From contig NC_087437.1 of assembly GCF_036321535.1 (NCBI RefSeq), positions 1,054,001 through 1,118,000 of the forward strand: DNA of 64,000 bases. Reading direction: 5' to 3'. Shown piece by piece: positions 24,206 to 38,609 of this stretch. Position 1 is the first letter of the stretch, and every line of letters starts with the position of its first letter. The position numbers were made by a program, and so were the translations under genes. This DNA comes from Camelus dromedarius (taxonomy: Eukaryota). The notes beneath the pieces are model-generated. The model had not been told where the DNA came from, searched no databases, and saw nothing but the letters and a program-made list of their open reading frames with translations.

Positions 24206-24777
24206 GGCCTGCAACATGAGCATCCCTGACTACGTGCAGTGTGCTGAGGACCACCAGACTTTCCCCGTGGTGGTCGAACACGTGGGGATCATCTCAGAGG
24301 AGAATTTCTTTTGCATCTATAAGTGAATCACCTTGGTGAGTCAGATCAGTCCGTGCAGCTCCCAGTGGGCAAACTGTATCCACTACAGTCACCACTATGC
24401 GCCCAAGAATGGGTGGAGCGACTTCCAGACCCACCGCAAGGTCTTGGGCCTTGTCATCATTACTGACTGCCTCTCGGCCAAGGCTTCGAAAAGCTCCACG
24501 TGCAGAGGAGCTGTATGGCACCACGCTCTATGACTCTCAGCTCTTTGACTTTCTGCTGCATGGGGAGGTGGCCGAGCAGCCGCGCACCGAAGTGGCCTTC
24601 AATTTACGAGGACTGCAGGGAGGTGGAGAAGAGGATCGACGACTTCACTGAGTCACTCTTCATCTTGCCCAAGTCCAAGTGGCTGGACGGTGCATCCGAC
24701 AATTCTGGGGACAAGATCCTCCTTCTCTGCATCCCATTTGAGAAGGAGGACATCATGGGACTGGACACAGAAAGCAG
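24206..24777 (+). pseudogene. TRAPPC9: TRAPPC9 first coding exon (pseudo-exon)
   Basis: Acceptor gtcag|24206, ATG at 24216. It reads [36 protein letters not shown] (TGA 24324-24326), then [31 protein letters not shown]...[12 protein letters not shown] and [20 protein letters not shown]...DKILLLCIPFEKEDIMGLDTESR in three different frames. Donor gtaagt at 24778. Matches the recalled TRAPPC9 N-terminus. Confidence 0.96.
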
Positions 24778-25013
24778 GTAAGTTTACCTGGAGGCCAGTC
24801 CACCCTGGCTGTGTGCCGGGTTTCTTCCCTACATCCAGAAAGGGATCAGCAAGGAAGAGGACTCTCTTGTAGCCAAGGGTGGAGGGAGGTGCAGCCCGCC
24901 GGTTTACAGACATTTAAAAGTGAATCTGCCTTTGTTTCAGAGAGATCCTTTTAGGGTTATTGTGGACACTTACTCCAGCTTTTCAGCCAGGAACCTGGTG
25001 GGACCCCTGGAGT

Positions 25014-25337
25014 TGCTGTCCAATAGAGTAGCCACAGCCACTGATGCTAGGAGAGCTGGGGAGGAGGCTGCTCTGAGCTGAGATTTGCTGTAGGTCAAAT
25101 GAACATCAGACGCTGAGACTTGTCTAGTAAAAAGAATGTAAACTATCTTATCACTTCCTATATTGATTACATGTCAAAATGATAGTATTTTACATACAGT
25201 AGTTTAAGATTTGTTCTTAAAATCATTTTCTAGTATTTGTTTTTTGTTTGTTGGTTTGTTTCTTTGTTTACTGTTTTAAATGTGGCAACTGGGAAACTTT
25301 CTTTACATGGCTCTCATTTCATTTATGTTGGGCAGCC
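25014..25337. mobile_element. MER33/MER3-like hAT-Charlie element
   Basis: gctgtccaatagagtagccac...aaaagaatgtaaactatct...tatattgattacatgtcaaaatgata...aatgtggcaactgggaaact...tgttgggcagc. Confidence 0.7.
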
Positions 25338-28300
25338 TGTCTTAAGATAGTCTCATCCCTTTGCTTGTAGATGAGATGCTGAATCCCGAGAGGCAGAACG
25401 AGGCGCTGGTTGAGTTGGGGCTGGAGCCGGTGTCTCCTGCCTCCCAGGCCCAGCACCTGTTCGGCTCAGGCCCTCTCTTCCTGCCCGACAGCCAGCATGC
25501 CATGTTGGGACATCAGAATCACCGCCAGGGACCTCCGAATGAACTCCTTATGCAGGGAAAGGCATATCACGGAGTATGGGAAAGAACAGGGAAATGTTCA
25601 TCCTCACTTTGTCCCTGTGATTAAGTCAACGGCCCCATTTTGTCTCGGAATTACAGACGAGCTCTTCTGGGCTGCCTACCCCCCCACCATCTGCTCTGTT
25701 TCCCCGTGTATCTATAGTGCTGTCCTTCGTGCAGAAGAGGGTGACATGCCTTTGCCGAGAGGTGGTCCCCCTTTGCTGGGGAGAGTGAGGGAAGCTGTGT
25801 GCCCACGGCCTACGGCCTCAGGCCTTGAGTCTGGAGAGAACTCATGGCGGTCTGACAGGTGACGGTCGGAGGACCTGGCACGGCTGCCGGGCCCACTGTG
25901 GAGGCGGTGCTCTGTGATTCTTGAAATTAACTAAGATCAGATTCTACTTTCTGGTTGTTGGTAAGTTGGAGGAGAAGATGCCAGAGAATTGATAAAAAGA
26001 ATGTCCAGACCAGCCCTGTGAGTGATAGGCAGAGGTGACCCGAGTCCCCCACGTGTGTGAGGTGCCTAGCGGGCTCTGGATGAATTTTCTGTTCCTCCCG
26101 GACATAACTCTATGGCTTAAGGAAGAGGCAAGGCATGTCATGGCCTGTACTTGTCCTCACAGGGCCCTGTGATCTTCATGCCCGCACTCCCCTTCTGCTC
26201 CTTGGAGATGAGGTGTCAGGTTTAGGAGCCTGGGCACTGCTGAGGGCATAGCTGCCAGCACTGTGCTACACCGAGGCTGGCTCCGTTCACCTCACATGTC
26301 ACCTCCTGCTGAGCCCCCAGGCGTCAGTCAAGGTAGGTGCATAGGTGCAACATACGCAGAGACCACGTTCTCCCCCTGGACAGATTGGTTGGTGAGCAGT
26401 GGAAGCCTAGAGCCCTGCCCCAGCCCCAGGCCAGTGCCTCCTCTTTTGTCATAGGAGGCACTGGTGACATTTTTGCTCAGCAACTGCTTGGCTCTGACTC
26501 TGCAGACCCACCAGAGAATGCCAACTTGTTTTTGCCTTTTGAAGTCTGCCCTTGGGATTTGGCGGAGTAGCTGGATGTGTGCTTAGCCCATAGTGGTTGA
26601 CACTGTCACCATTGTTTACCCAGAACCTCGTGTACCAGGCATGGCTCCCGGCATCAAAATACAGCAGCGCATTAAACCTCCCTCCTGGTGGGTCTGTCTG
26701 TTTTGGTACCATAAGGGCTCAGCCAGCATCTTAACGTCAGTGAGATAACGTGGCCAGTGAGCTCGGGTCAACCACATTCTCCTCCAGTCACTTTTACTCA
26801 ATTTTTGCTTTTACTATTCCACAGTCATTAATTTTTTAAACAATGCTTTGGTACAGGAACAGTCTAATTCTCTCCTGCTACTCTTGGTGGAAGTGAGTAA
26901 AACTGTCCAGCCTGAAATGCGACCACAATTTGTAGCTCAAAAGCTGCCTAGACGCATATAGGTGGAGTTTTGGTTAGGGGCGCTGATCACGTTGGGGTCC
27001 CCCGGCAGCGCCGCTCCCCTCAGGCCCCTGCCTTCCCTGGAGCAGGAGGTGAGTGTGGGTCTCACCGTCCCAGCATCCCTGGCCTCACACACTCACATAA
27101 ATTCTTGTACATGCTGTCAAAATCATTTTTGTTCTTGTGTGTTTCTAATTTTCTCTTGTTCCTCTTTTCCTTTTTCTTTATTCTTTTTCTCTTGTACTGC
27201 CCAGTGAGCATGTTGTTGCGTCTGAAAATGTGGGCTGTGCACACCCTGCATTGGAAATATCCAGATTGCCCTCCGTACTCTCTCCATCGCTTTAAAGAGC
27301 AAAAACTTAACAGTTACCTTGATCCATGTATTATCCTAGTCATTTTTTATTTTCTAATTTTTTGGAATATTTGCTTTGTTAGCACATCACCCACTGGTGT
27401 TTGATACCTGTTAAAATCCTTGCTTTGAGGAACCTGTTTGGTCCTCCTTATATTTGGTGAGAAATGCGCCCTTATTCAATTTGTTTGATTGTTTTGAAGA
27501 AGTGAGATGCGAATTGATTTTGGCGGCTGCTGAGGGATTCTTTTCATGGAGTATTTAAACTTGTCAAGTCAAAGTCTGCAGCATCTTGCTCGATTCCTGC
27601 TTTTACACAAACGTGCTCTTCACGCGGTTCCTGGCTGTCACAGTGTGACGTGCGTGATGGCACTTCCTGGCCAGCGGTCACTGGTGAGAAAGTGGCAGGC
27701 TCATGGGTGTGCAGCTGCAGGGGACGCTGTTGGAGGAAGCAGTCACCGTTTACTTATTTAATTTTTTTTTTTTTGCATTCAACATCCCTGTGCCATTTAC
27801 TTTACTTTGCCTTCATAAAGTGGCTTAGGGGGGTCTAAAATCCATGCCACTCTTGTGTTCCCTTTACGAGGCTGGTTTTTCTGAGTATCAGGAAAACATG
27901 GCCTTCTCCTAAGTAGCTGGCTCACCTGGATCTTGTTGACACAGCGACCGCTAAAGGGGACCGTAGCTTCCTCTCTTCTCCAGCCAGTGGGCATTCAGAG
28001 CCGGGTCTGTGCTTTGCCTCAGCAGCCGTGCAGGCCTCCCTGCCCCGGCCTTTACTTTTAACCCATGTTGGCATAAATAGCTGACTCCGTGTCTGTTGCA
28101 GCTGATGTCCACCACTGACGGCCGTGTAGTTAGTTTGCGGTAGGGAGTCTGCAACACCCCAGCCAACCTTGAAGGAAGAAGTTTTGGCCGACCTAGGACC
28201 TTGGATTCTCACCCCCATCATGGTTCATCTCACTCGGTGGAAGGGTTTGGCCACCACCATCATGCTGAACATGAGGCCTTGTTTCTCCTTTCATGCTCTG

Positions 28301-31300
28301 GTCCAAATGTGGACACTTCATTTATCACTGAATTTGTATCGCTTGAGACAGGCCATAATATCTGAATGAGTCCATCACATTCTGGATGGGGAACAGAACA
28401 GAAGTAAGTGTCACAATTAGATGGAGTCTAGGCTGTCCGTGTTGGCTAATGCTGGCTGGGATCTGTGATGGCCGGGCTGTGCCCTGGACACAGGCCTTTC
28501 CCGTGGCTCCCGAGAGCCCAGGGGTTGGAGTGAGAACAGCCTTGCCTGGGTTCCTCCATCCTCATCTGCTCACTGGCAAGTGTGTCTGCTAATTAGGAGC
28601 TCCCCCAGACCTCGGGCCCTTCAAAGCTCAGACCACGGGAGAACCTTGAGTCCCTTCTCCTGGGCCTCCTTTGTGAGAATACAGTGCCTTCTGAGGTGAC
28701 CAGTGGCAGGAGATGCCTCCCCCTCCAGGGAGCACCCTACGGAGGACTGTTAGTCAGTGTACCATGCTGTGAACTTGGGGGGTTACGGCCATGGTCCCTG
28801 TAGAACCACATTTGAGATGGGCTTAGCGACGGAAATAATAGGACTGATTCCAGGCCAGGGATTAGGGGAGGGAACATTGGAAATTGAATGTGACCTCAAA
28901 CACATAGTTGGGTGCTGGGGCTGTTACTAAAATGGGGAGTCTGGGAGGTACCTGCCAGGAATCGAATTCCAGAGTAAATGGTGAACATGAGGCATTTTTA
29001 AGATGCCATTTGTCATCCAAGTTAGGACTTCAAAGAGGCACTCGTGTCTATGAGATTGTGGCTCAGGTGAAGGAGCCGGACTATAGATACACGTTGGGAG
29101 TCGTCATTCTTAGCTGGTGTTCATAGCCTTGCATGTGAATTAGATCATCTCGAGAGCTGCAGACTGAGGCTGAGGGGGGGCAGGGCCCTGCCTGGGTTGG
29201 AGGAAAGCCCAGACCATGCAGCTTTGGTGTGTCAGTCAGCGGCATTTGCGATTTTCAGCCTAATGCCATTTATCTTTAAGGGGCCGGGGGGTGTGCAGGG
29301 CCAGCCAGGAAGAAATCTGAAGGGAGGGTCGTGGCCACGTGTGTGTCTTGGGAAGATGCAGAGTCTGCAGGGTCCTGGAGGGTAGACTTCTTAGAAGCTG
29401 GAGTTGGAGTGAGGAGTGGGCAGAAGGTAGTCACACTCACCTGTGAGGGAGGGGGGAGTCCTTGGGAGTCCCCACCCTACCGGACTCGCTTTCCCATGAA
29501 CAGAAGGCAATCATACAGAGTATCTGAAGTGAGAAAGGATGGGTGCTGGGAGGGGAGCCAACCTGGAGAATGGTGCTTGGAAAGTTCTGGAATAGTCTCC
29601 CTGGAAAATAGAGTTAAAAATACCCAGAATCTTAAGAACGTTGATAGTGACTGGGGAGGAAGCAGTTTTTCTGGCCTCCTAAGGGTAAGTCATGTATCCG
29701 GGGATACACAGAAAAATCGGGCATTCTGTTCCGTGGTCTTGATCCTTACCGGGGGAACAGTGCAAGTTTAAAGGGGGAGAAGGGCAGTGGAGGGAAACTA
29801 GCCAGGCCCCGTGTCAGGTACCAGTCGGCCGCCCTACTTGCGTGTTGAATTCACATCCATGCCTCCCAGGTGGGCGGTGGCAGCCCCCTTTTGCAGATCG
29901 GGAAGCCTTCTCAGAGGGTTAAGGAATTGGTCCGTTTAGTGGCTAGTAAATGCTGCAGCAGAATTCAAGCAAGGCCTTGTCAGACTTCAAGGGCATGTTT
30001 TCTCTACTAATTCCGGTACCTCCCTGTTGAACCTGGAATGATGAATTGGGTCAGTTTTGGAGCCTTTCAGAAAAAGTACGATTTAAGTGCCTCAGGACTG
30101 TTTCACAAAGCTCAGCGTTCTTTGATTTTTCTGAAGCACCGCAGTGCTTTTCGCCCCACAGTTGTTAGGTATTCTCCATTCTCGATGACGTGGTTGCAAA
30201 TCACGTACAGGTGCAAAACCAGACTTAGCAGCTTCTGAAGGGAAACTCTCCAGTTCTCCCTTGATCGGCTTTCTTCCACGGGATGTAACTGTGCTGCAGT
30301 GTAGGCCTGAGTTTTACTTATGGAGTGAGGGTTTAATATCCAAAGTTAGCATAAAATGGTCAGATGAAGAAAATCGACGTTGACAATTTATTTTTGGGTT
30401 TCATTAGACAAGATATACTATCAATTAATGACCCATATAGCAAATGAAATTGACTACAGAACATTGCATTTCTTACTTTCTATTTAGAGTTCTCTTACAG
30501 AATAATGTTGCCTGTTTTGGAACATCATCTCCACCACCACGGCACCTATCAGTGTGTTGGTGTGATTGCATTTACGCAGTGAATGTAATCTGATCTTCCT
30601 CAGCCCCAAACACTCCAGTGAAGAATCACGGGCTGTAGCCATCTCTTGGTCACGCAAATACTTCTAAAATTATATGATGCCAGAAAAGAAGGAAGAGAGA
30701 GAGAGAGATTGCCTTTATCAAAGTTCCTTTCAATTCTAACTGCAAACTGTTGTTGAGCAGCTCTGGTTTCCTTTGGATATGAATATATACATTTCTTTGC
30801 ATGTAATCTGGGTTTTGGACTAGAACACCAAGTTCTTGCTGTCCACAAGCCACAAAAACAGTAGCCAAATTGCACACGTGTGAAATTGTTTATATTTTTC
30901 CTGAGAAAGTATCCTTGAATTTGGGACTTGGGCTGTGATTTTTGCTTTTTGCTTCCCGCACCCCTCTTGTAATCTCTCACTCCTTCCCACGTGGCCCCCA
31001 AGAGTTCGTGGTCTCAAAGGAGCGGGCAAACACCCAGTTGGTCACCATGTACTGCTGCTATAGATGAAGCCCAACCAAGACCTAAAGGACATTATCAGAG
31101 AGGACTTCCTGGAAGAAATGGACTCTACATTCATTTGTGAGGACAGAGTGTCAGCCAGGAGAAGTAGTCAAGAATGTGGCTCAGGTGGCAGGTGCAGCCC
31201 GGGCAGATGCCTGGAGGCTTTTGGCTTGGGGAAACGGGGAGAGTGCCCTGTGTGGTCCAGGGTGGAAGGTGCCCCTGCTGGTGAGGACACTGGAGAGAGT

Positions 31301-33025
31301 CCGGGATGGAGGGCTTTGGAAGAGCTTGGGTTTTACTAGAACTGACACAGTAGTCAGTGAAGGGTGTCATCAGAAAGTGACCCTCAGGAAAGGTAATTCT
31401 GGTTTTTCTTCTGATATTCTACAGACACAAGGGTCGGGACGTGTGAGAGTAGGTATATCTGTCTCTTTGAGACCCACCCCGTCAATCATTTATTCATAAC
31501 ACGTGCACTTCTGTGTGTCTAGGGGAGAGAGGGTGGAGCCACATTAGTAAGCAAAATGTATTTGCTTCTTGTGAGCTTAGCATTGTCAGAAGTTGACTTA
31601 GCCTAGAATGTTCTAGGAATAGAGGAACAAATTGTGGTAGTTGGAAGGAGGGAAGGCTTCCTTGGGAAACAGTCAAAATGAGCCTGGAGACAAGTGGGAA
31701 GTAGGAGCAAGTCAGGGGGCCCCTGAGGTCACTGGGGACCTGTGTACTGAGGTGAGGCTGGGCAAGCAGTGTCTGGGGTGGGGCTAGAATTCCACCAGGG
31801 AGCCTCTGAAGGGTTTGAAGTGGGGGTGATGTAATCAAATTTGTGATTTGGGAAGACTGCTGTGGCTCTGTGTGTGTGTGTGTGTAGCAGGGAAGAGGGG
31901 AAGGGTGCCACCAACAGGGGGTGTCATTAGAAGAACATTCACAGGCTGGGAGAGAGGCGTCGGGACTGCTTGGGGACGGCAGGGGCAGTGTGGATGCCGG
32001 ATTTCCTTATGGGGAGGGCTTGTTAGCAGGGCGACCCTAGAGGCGACTTTTGGCTGGAAGAAAACAGATGGAGGCTGCCAGGTGGACTTTCCTCTTCTCT
32101 CCTTCCCTGCCTTGTGTGATGATCTTAGCTCAGCCAACTTTTGGAAAAGAAGAGCTAAGTTCCAGGGTAGCCCAGGACTTTGTTGAGCTCGTTCGAGTGA
32201 GATCTGATAGGATTTAGGTTTGTGTTCAGATCTGCATGTTCACTTAGCTAGAAACGTCCCGTCATTTCGATTTCTATAGGGGTTTTTATTCTTGATAAAG
32301 ATTGCTTTCTTGGTGAGAGGAAATTTAATACAGCTGTTGGCTTTCTCAAAAAAAATCATATCTTTTAAGAACTTTAATATTCAAAACAATAGGAATATAT
32401 TAAAATGTTAAAGTAAGTCTTTGGTGCAGTTTCTTTGCTTTCTGAGCTAGTGTGGAGTTAGAGCCTTTGCATTACTTAAGAGCACATACTTGTCAGTATT
32501 TAAAGAGCTGTTTGTGAGCGCCCCAGGCCCCACCTCTCAAAACATCATTAAAGTTTGCTCTGAAATAGTGAGGTCATAAAGGTCTTATTTGCAGAAACCA
32601 AACAGTTGGTTTATAATATGCAGCATAGCTCCCTTTATAAAATAATAATATGTTCAAAATTAAGAAAGTGGAGGATAATTGATTTTTTTAAAGCTGAAAC
32701 ATAAACTTTCTTGTGCTAATGTTGCAACTGGAAATTTTGAAAAGAAAAATCCTACTGTAATATCATCTAAGTGGAATACATATATGACTTTCACTTTTGA
32801 AATGTAACTGCGCGGTGGTTTTTGAAGTCAGGAGAATTCCAGCTCAGATACTGGCAGTGATGGTTGCTGGCTTTTAATGGAAGGGCCTAAATTTGCCTTC
32901 TTAGCATTTTTTTTTTTTTTGGAGTGAAAAGTTTGAGTAGTGCTTTGCCAGCATGATTTTGGGGCAATTTGAGGGCAGATGTCGTGTACCAGCAATGAGA
33001 TATTTCCATGCATTTTATTTTCCAG

Positions 33026-33146
33026 ACATCACCAGGGCACATGTGGGGTTTGTGCCTGCAGGCTGGAATGCTGCTGGACTCCCTGATCCATCACCGTTAT
33101 GTCCTGGAGCTGCTCCGGTCAGTGAATGATTTTCTGTGGCTTCTAG
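33026..33146 (+). pseudogene. TRAPPC9: TRAPPC9 second coding exon (pseudo-exon)
   Basis: ttttccag acceptor and gtaatg donor. It encodes [14 protein letters not shown]...[12 protein letters not shown], versus recalled [14 protein letters not shown]...[13 protein letters not shown]. The 5' part (HYKKRCQGRMRK) is largely deleted. Confidence 0.9.
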
Positions 33147-33499
33147 GTAATGTGGTCTGAGGCAGATGATCAGATGTGTAGTTAAATTACTATTACTTGA
33201 AATAAGAGTAACCTAGAAACATGGCTCTAACAATACAGTGTGAGGGAGAATTGGCTGAGCTGCTTGCAGTGGGGAGTCTTATCAGGTGACTCCCTCACCG
33301 TGATACTTGCCAGTATCCGCCCCAGCCCTGCACGGTAGTCCTGCCGAAGCAAGCATGCTCTTTGCTCAGAAACGCACTGAATTTCCTTGTGCCTCTGTTT
33401 GTTGGCTTGTTTTTTGAAAGCACGTCTTGCCCTTTGCTTAAATGCCATCCATGGTAGTCACTACTTACACTCATTCTACTGGACTTCATTCATAAATAG

Positions 33500-34030
33500 C
33501 TGCTGAATGGAAGAACAGAATGTAGTATCTCCATGTAGTGGAACATTATTCACATGTAAGAGTGAATAAAAAAGAAAAAACAAATAAAGAGGAAAATGAA
33601 AAAGGCCACCTGTTCTGGGAACTCCTCCCTGACTGTTCAACCCGCACTTTTCCCTTTGAAACCCAATCACTTATGCTCCACCGTACTCTTTTTGATAGTA
33701 CTTACTACCTTCTAATAAACTTTAACGTTTTCAAAAAAAAAAAAAAAAAGAGAGAGAGAGATGCTGATACCACTTCAAAATGGACAAGCCTTGAAAACAG
33801 CATTTTAAGTGAAAGGAAGCAGACACAAACGGCCACATATTGTTGATTTCAGTGATCTGAAATGCCCAGAAAAGGCACATGCAGAGGCAGAGAGCAGGTG
33901 ATGGTTGAAAGGGGCTGGGTGGAGGGGGATTAGGGAATGACTGATAGTGACAGGGGGTTTCTTCTGGGGTGATGAAGTGTTCAGGAAATAGATGGTGGTG
34001 AGGGCTGCACAACTGTGAGTGTGCAGAAGA
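33500..34030 (+). mobile_element. Old L1 3' end, interrupted at ~33560-33760
   Basis: gaatgtagtatctccatgtagtggaacattattcac ... gaaaggaagcagacacaaacggccacatattg ... tttcttctggggtgatgaagtgttcagg. Confidence 0.75.
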
Positions 34031-35119
34031 CTGCTGAGCTCTGTCTCTGGGAGTGCCTGTGGTTGGGGCGGCTTTATTTTGTTCTCATCGTGCAATGAGA
34101 AGACTCATCTGCTGCTGTGGCCGTTCTACTCCCGTGAGTGGTGAGGGTCAGAGACTTTGTAGAGTCATGTTTCTTTTTTTTTTGCCCCTTGCTGAGTGTA
34201 GGCAAAAAAGGTTTAAGCCTGAGAAAGTGCTCCATCTGCAGAAATGTCTTTTAGTTTTGCATGGTGTAAAAATCTTGAGAGCTTTTTAATCATTGAGGAC
34301 AGCCTGTGGGGGGAAACAGCCCGTGAATCCTGGGTGAGTCCCGAAAGAGCTGCGCGTCCCTCCCTGACACGGGTGGGGATTTCACCCCCGTTCAGGCAGT
34401 GAAGGGCCCAGACCCGAGAGCGGAGTTGACAGTCGTGAATATTTACGTGAATCCGCTGCTTCATCTTGGATATTAATTTCAAGCTGAGTCAGTTTGTGGC
34501 GGCAGCCTCATCCTACATCAGGAATTTATAGTATCTGCTCTTTGAGGTGAAGACCTGACAGACTTGACTATTTAACAGTCTCCCTTGAATTGATATCTCA
34601 GATTACTTTGTCAAAAGCAAAACAGCAGAAATACAGACGTCCTTTAATGCCAATGTGACCTGGAAAGGGTTTAGACTCTGTGCCTCAGTGGCCTTATCTG
34701 CGGGTGGGGATGATGATAACAGTGCTTCCCTCAGAGGGGCTGGTGAGGGGAGAGTTAGAAGCACACATAGAGGACTTACACGAGATGCTCATGAATGACC
34801 GAATTTAGTGCTCTCAGCCTGGTCAGGCCTCAGGAGCAGAGATGTCAGAACAGAGCAGTCCTAGCGGGAGCTCGATCCGTGTTGGCAGGTGTTACGATCA
34901 GTATCACCTCTGTGGGTTATCAGGTAGTTTTAAGACTTGGTAATATGAATTCATGAATAATGTTAGAAGACTAGACATCTCAGATCCTGTTTACATAGTT
35001 CTGAAGATTTCCTCTGAGAAATGGATGTTTTCTCCCCGTCTTAAATCTGAGATGAGTCTCTAAAAAATTCTGTATTCCTCCATCTTTTTGCTTTAATTCT
35101 CCATTTCTTAAAAAAGAAA

Positions 35120-35203
35120 GTTTTTAAATGGAGTTTATGGGGACTGAACTGAGGGCCTCATGCATGCTAAGCACATACTCTCCCAAATGAGGTATAATCT
35201 CCC
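35120..35203 (-). mobile_element. vic-1-like SINE fragment
   Basis: ggggactgaactgagggcctcatgcatgctaagcacatactctcccaaatgaggtata. Confidence 0.65.
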
Positions 35204-37202
35204 AAATGATTTTTTTTTTAATTTACTTTCTTAGTATTCAGAGGTTAGAGGCCTCTAATTCTTTTTCTGGAGACTTGTCCATGAACCTGTAAATCTATAA
35301 TTAATGGACAAAACTTGGTTTATTAAAAACATCAATAGAACATTCTGCAATCCATCCAAAAGGAAATGCTGATTGAATTAAAATGTTTCTCCTTTAAGGT
35401 GATTTCTCCCTTTTGGTCTAGCTTAATTTATTAACAGCCATCCTCATCATCATAATGACCAAACTCGCTCTGAGTGGACACCTACCTAACACTAAAATGC
35501 TTTCCTCATGTTTTACTTCATAGCAGGTGTTTGAGGGTAGGTATCAGTGTCTCCTTTTTTGCAGCTGAGGGATTGAGAGATGGAGCAGCTTGTCCCAAAT
35601 CACACGCAGCTGGCGGTGGCTAGCTCGGTGCTGGAACCCAGGCTGCACAGGATGCATTCTTAATTGCTCCTCTAATCAGCCTCCCGTTGAGTGGTTACCC
35701 GAACTGCTGTGACTCCATAAATGGCCGATTTTAGTGATCTCAGCCTTATGAGGCCTTCAAAGGAGAGACACCAGTGAGAATGTGAGACAGAGTGTCAAAT
35801 TAAAATTGTACATTTTCACAAATGTTTAATTCTCAGGTAATTACTTAAAAAGTTAATTTTTTTAATTTAGTGGTCTGTTAGCACAAAAAACAAAACATTA
35901 AAAGCAATTATAGTGCCAAAGAGAAGTGGGCTTTGAAAGTCCGACCACTGTTAATGATGTTACTTGTTTTTCTCTAGTGGCCCTTATTGACAGAAATACT
36001 TACAAAGACTGAATTGGTTTTATGTAGTCTTAATATGGAAGAAAAGATTGTCAGTGAATATTATAAGTAAAATCTTTACTCTTTTCTTTCCTGATGGTGA
36101 ATATGTAAGTTGTTTTCATGGCTTAAGTACATTTCCTCATTTGTGAAATTTGAGTAATATCGTTTAACTTGTCTGACTGTGAGAGTTAGACGCCTTGTAT
36201 ACAAAGAACCCAAGAGGTGCTTAATAAAAATGTGCTGTCAGAATGACAGATATTTTAGAAGTATCAACTCTGAATACTAAAAAGTGTCGCTTATTTCTGA
36301 TGCATATTTAATATTTATAATATTTATATATATGATATATTTGAATATGGTTTAAAGTAACAAGGATTCATTTTTTTTTTTAGTGTAGTATGAAGTTTTA
36401 ATGAAATCTGTATCATACTAGTGAGACAGGGACTAGTTAAATTGCCTTAATCAGACGACCTTGAATATTACTTACACAGAATATTTATTGTTACAACTCA
36501 GAATTCATGTTGCCGTGTAACCATCCACACAGACATTTAAATTCGTGGGATTCTGACCAGATTCATTAAGTTTAGTAAAATCCACATTGATCATTTTCAG
36601 GGAATAAGCTTCTCTCTTTTGTGATTAAGCAAAATTTTGATTTTTTTTCCTGCACTCTTAACAGGTTTAAAATATCAAAACATTGATTTAACAAGTCACT
36701 TTTTTAATAGAATAAAGCTCATGCTGTTTTATTATGTAAATAAATATTTTTGTATTTCATCAATCTTGTATGATATCCTGGCTCTTTGAGAATTATTTTG
36801 CAAGATACTTAGATAACCTACTGTTGGAAAAATACAAACGTGACTGTTATGAATATAGGCCTAGTACAGATCTGTTGGTTTATGCTACAGTGCAAGACAT
36901 GAGGCCTGGGAGAGCTTTGCTGCCGATTGCAGGACAGAACCCATGTCTCAGTTTCCCCTCCTGTAAAATGAAGTGGCTGGACTGGATTCTTTCCTCTTCT
37001 AAGATGAGTTTCCATGAACCTATGTCTTTTGTTTATATTCAGGAGTATTAGCAATATCAGATTAAATACTGAATACCCTTCCCTTCCCCCGAAGCAAAGT
37101 GCAGTATGTGCTACATAAGCTTTTAGTTATCTGATTCTCTTTTCTGATCCTACAGGCAATTTTTGTGTTGCATCTTTCCCGGCAACCTGGAAGGTCATTT
37201 TA

Positions 37203-37221
37203 GCCATAGGTGGCGCTGTTG
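37203..37221 (+). promoter_or_regulatory. Putative CTCF site
   Basis: gccataggtggcgctgttg closely resembles the CTCF core CCASYAGRKGGCRS. Motif only. Confidence 0.45.
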
Positions 37222-38609
37222 CACCTTCTAACAGTCTTAATATTCCTTTTGCAAAAGAAGGCTTAACAAATGTTATTTTGTTTTGATTCCGTTGCTTAGT
37301 GCTTCAGAATTGCACAATGTCCATTATGTCTGTCTACCTGGAAAAATTATTCTGCTTATGTCTTAGACTTATTCTGTCATCTCGCTGTGAACATTTCAGA
37401 CTTGCTGTGCAAACAATGGCAAAATCGGTCTTTTCTTCCAGTGTTAGAAGTCAGTGAGCCGGGATTTTATAAAACAGCTAGAAGCGGCCTCTGGAGCACC
37501 TTAAAGCTGAAAAGTGTATTGAGTTCCCTGAGTATTGACTCCGCCGCTGTGTGTTAATTGGTGGTAGGAGGTTTGGTACATATACGAAGGGGTGTAGATT
37601 TTTGAGTTGGGTTTGCGTGCACGTGCTGCCACTGAGCCACGTGAGCCTGAGTCAGTTTGCTCTGAGTTTTTCCCTCGTCTGTGAGATGGGGACATTCATA
37701 TCTGCTTTGTAGAATTGTGAGAATTAGAAATTATGTAAAGTGTTTACCACAGTGGGTATGTCAAGAGGGCTCATAAACTTTAGCTGCTTTTTTGTGTGAA
37801 GCCATCATTTGAGAGTCTTTGGCAATTACTAAGAAACAGGAAAATAAGAAAAGCTGGTTTTATGCTGAAAGATATTTGAGGAGGTTCCTTAGTTCCTATA
37901 CCCATAATTAAGCATCAGCAGAGTCAGAACTGTTACACAGTCGCCCTGAACCAACGTTAAGCCACAGAATTCTTTGTTACTTCATATATTTTGGGGCTTA
38001 AAGGGATCCAATACTTATACACATGTTGTCTCCAGCAGCCAACTGAGAGATGACACAAAAGAGTAGGCAGGCGATAAATGTCTTATTTGTTACTGATGAA
38101 GCCACGTTCTCCATGAACTTCAGGGCTGTGGGAAAATGCGTGTCATGATACTGTGTCCCAGAATTAGAGACTCACCCTGTCCCATGTAGCTCTGTGACAC
38201 AGCGAGCCTTCTCTTGAGAGGACCTGCCCGTTCATGCACAAGGCTGTCCTGCCATGGAGCCGAGCATCCCAAGTGCTTCCCAATGGTGATCAACACTGGA
38301 GAGAAAGGAAGGGTTTCAAATGCCCTGCTTGTCTCCCTGGACTCACACCTCACTCTGTTAGTGTGAGGAGGGCTAGCTGTTGGCCAGGGGCCAGGGGTGT
38401 GAATGGAGAAGCACTCTCCATGGCCCAGAGGAGTGGTTAGGAGGCATTCCCTCCCTCGGTTTAAACAGGTGGTGGGATGGAAGAGAAGGGTCCTCCCCAA
38501 GAGTTTATAAAAGGAGAAATAAGGATTTTCTTTGGGACTTAGACTAGCCAGGAAACACATAAGATGATTAGAAGGGAGACTTGTAAATCACTTTGATATT
38601 AAGTTGACA

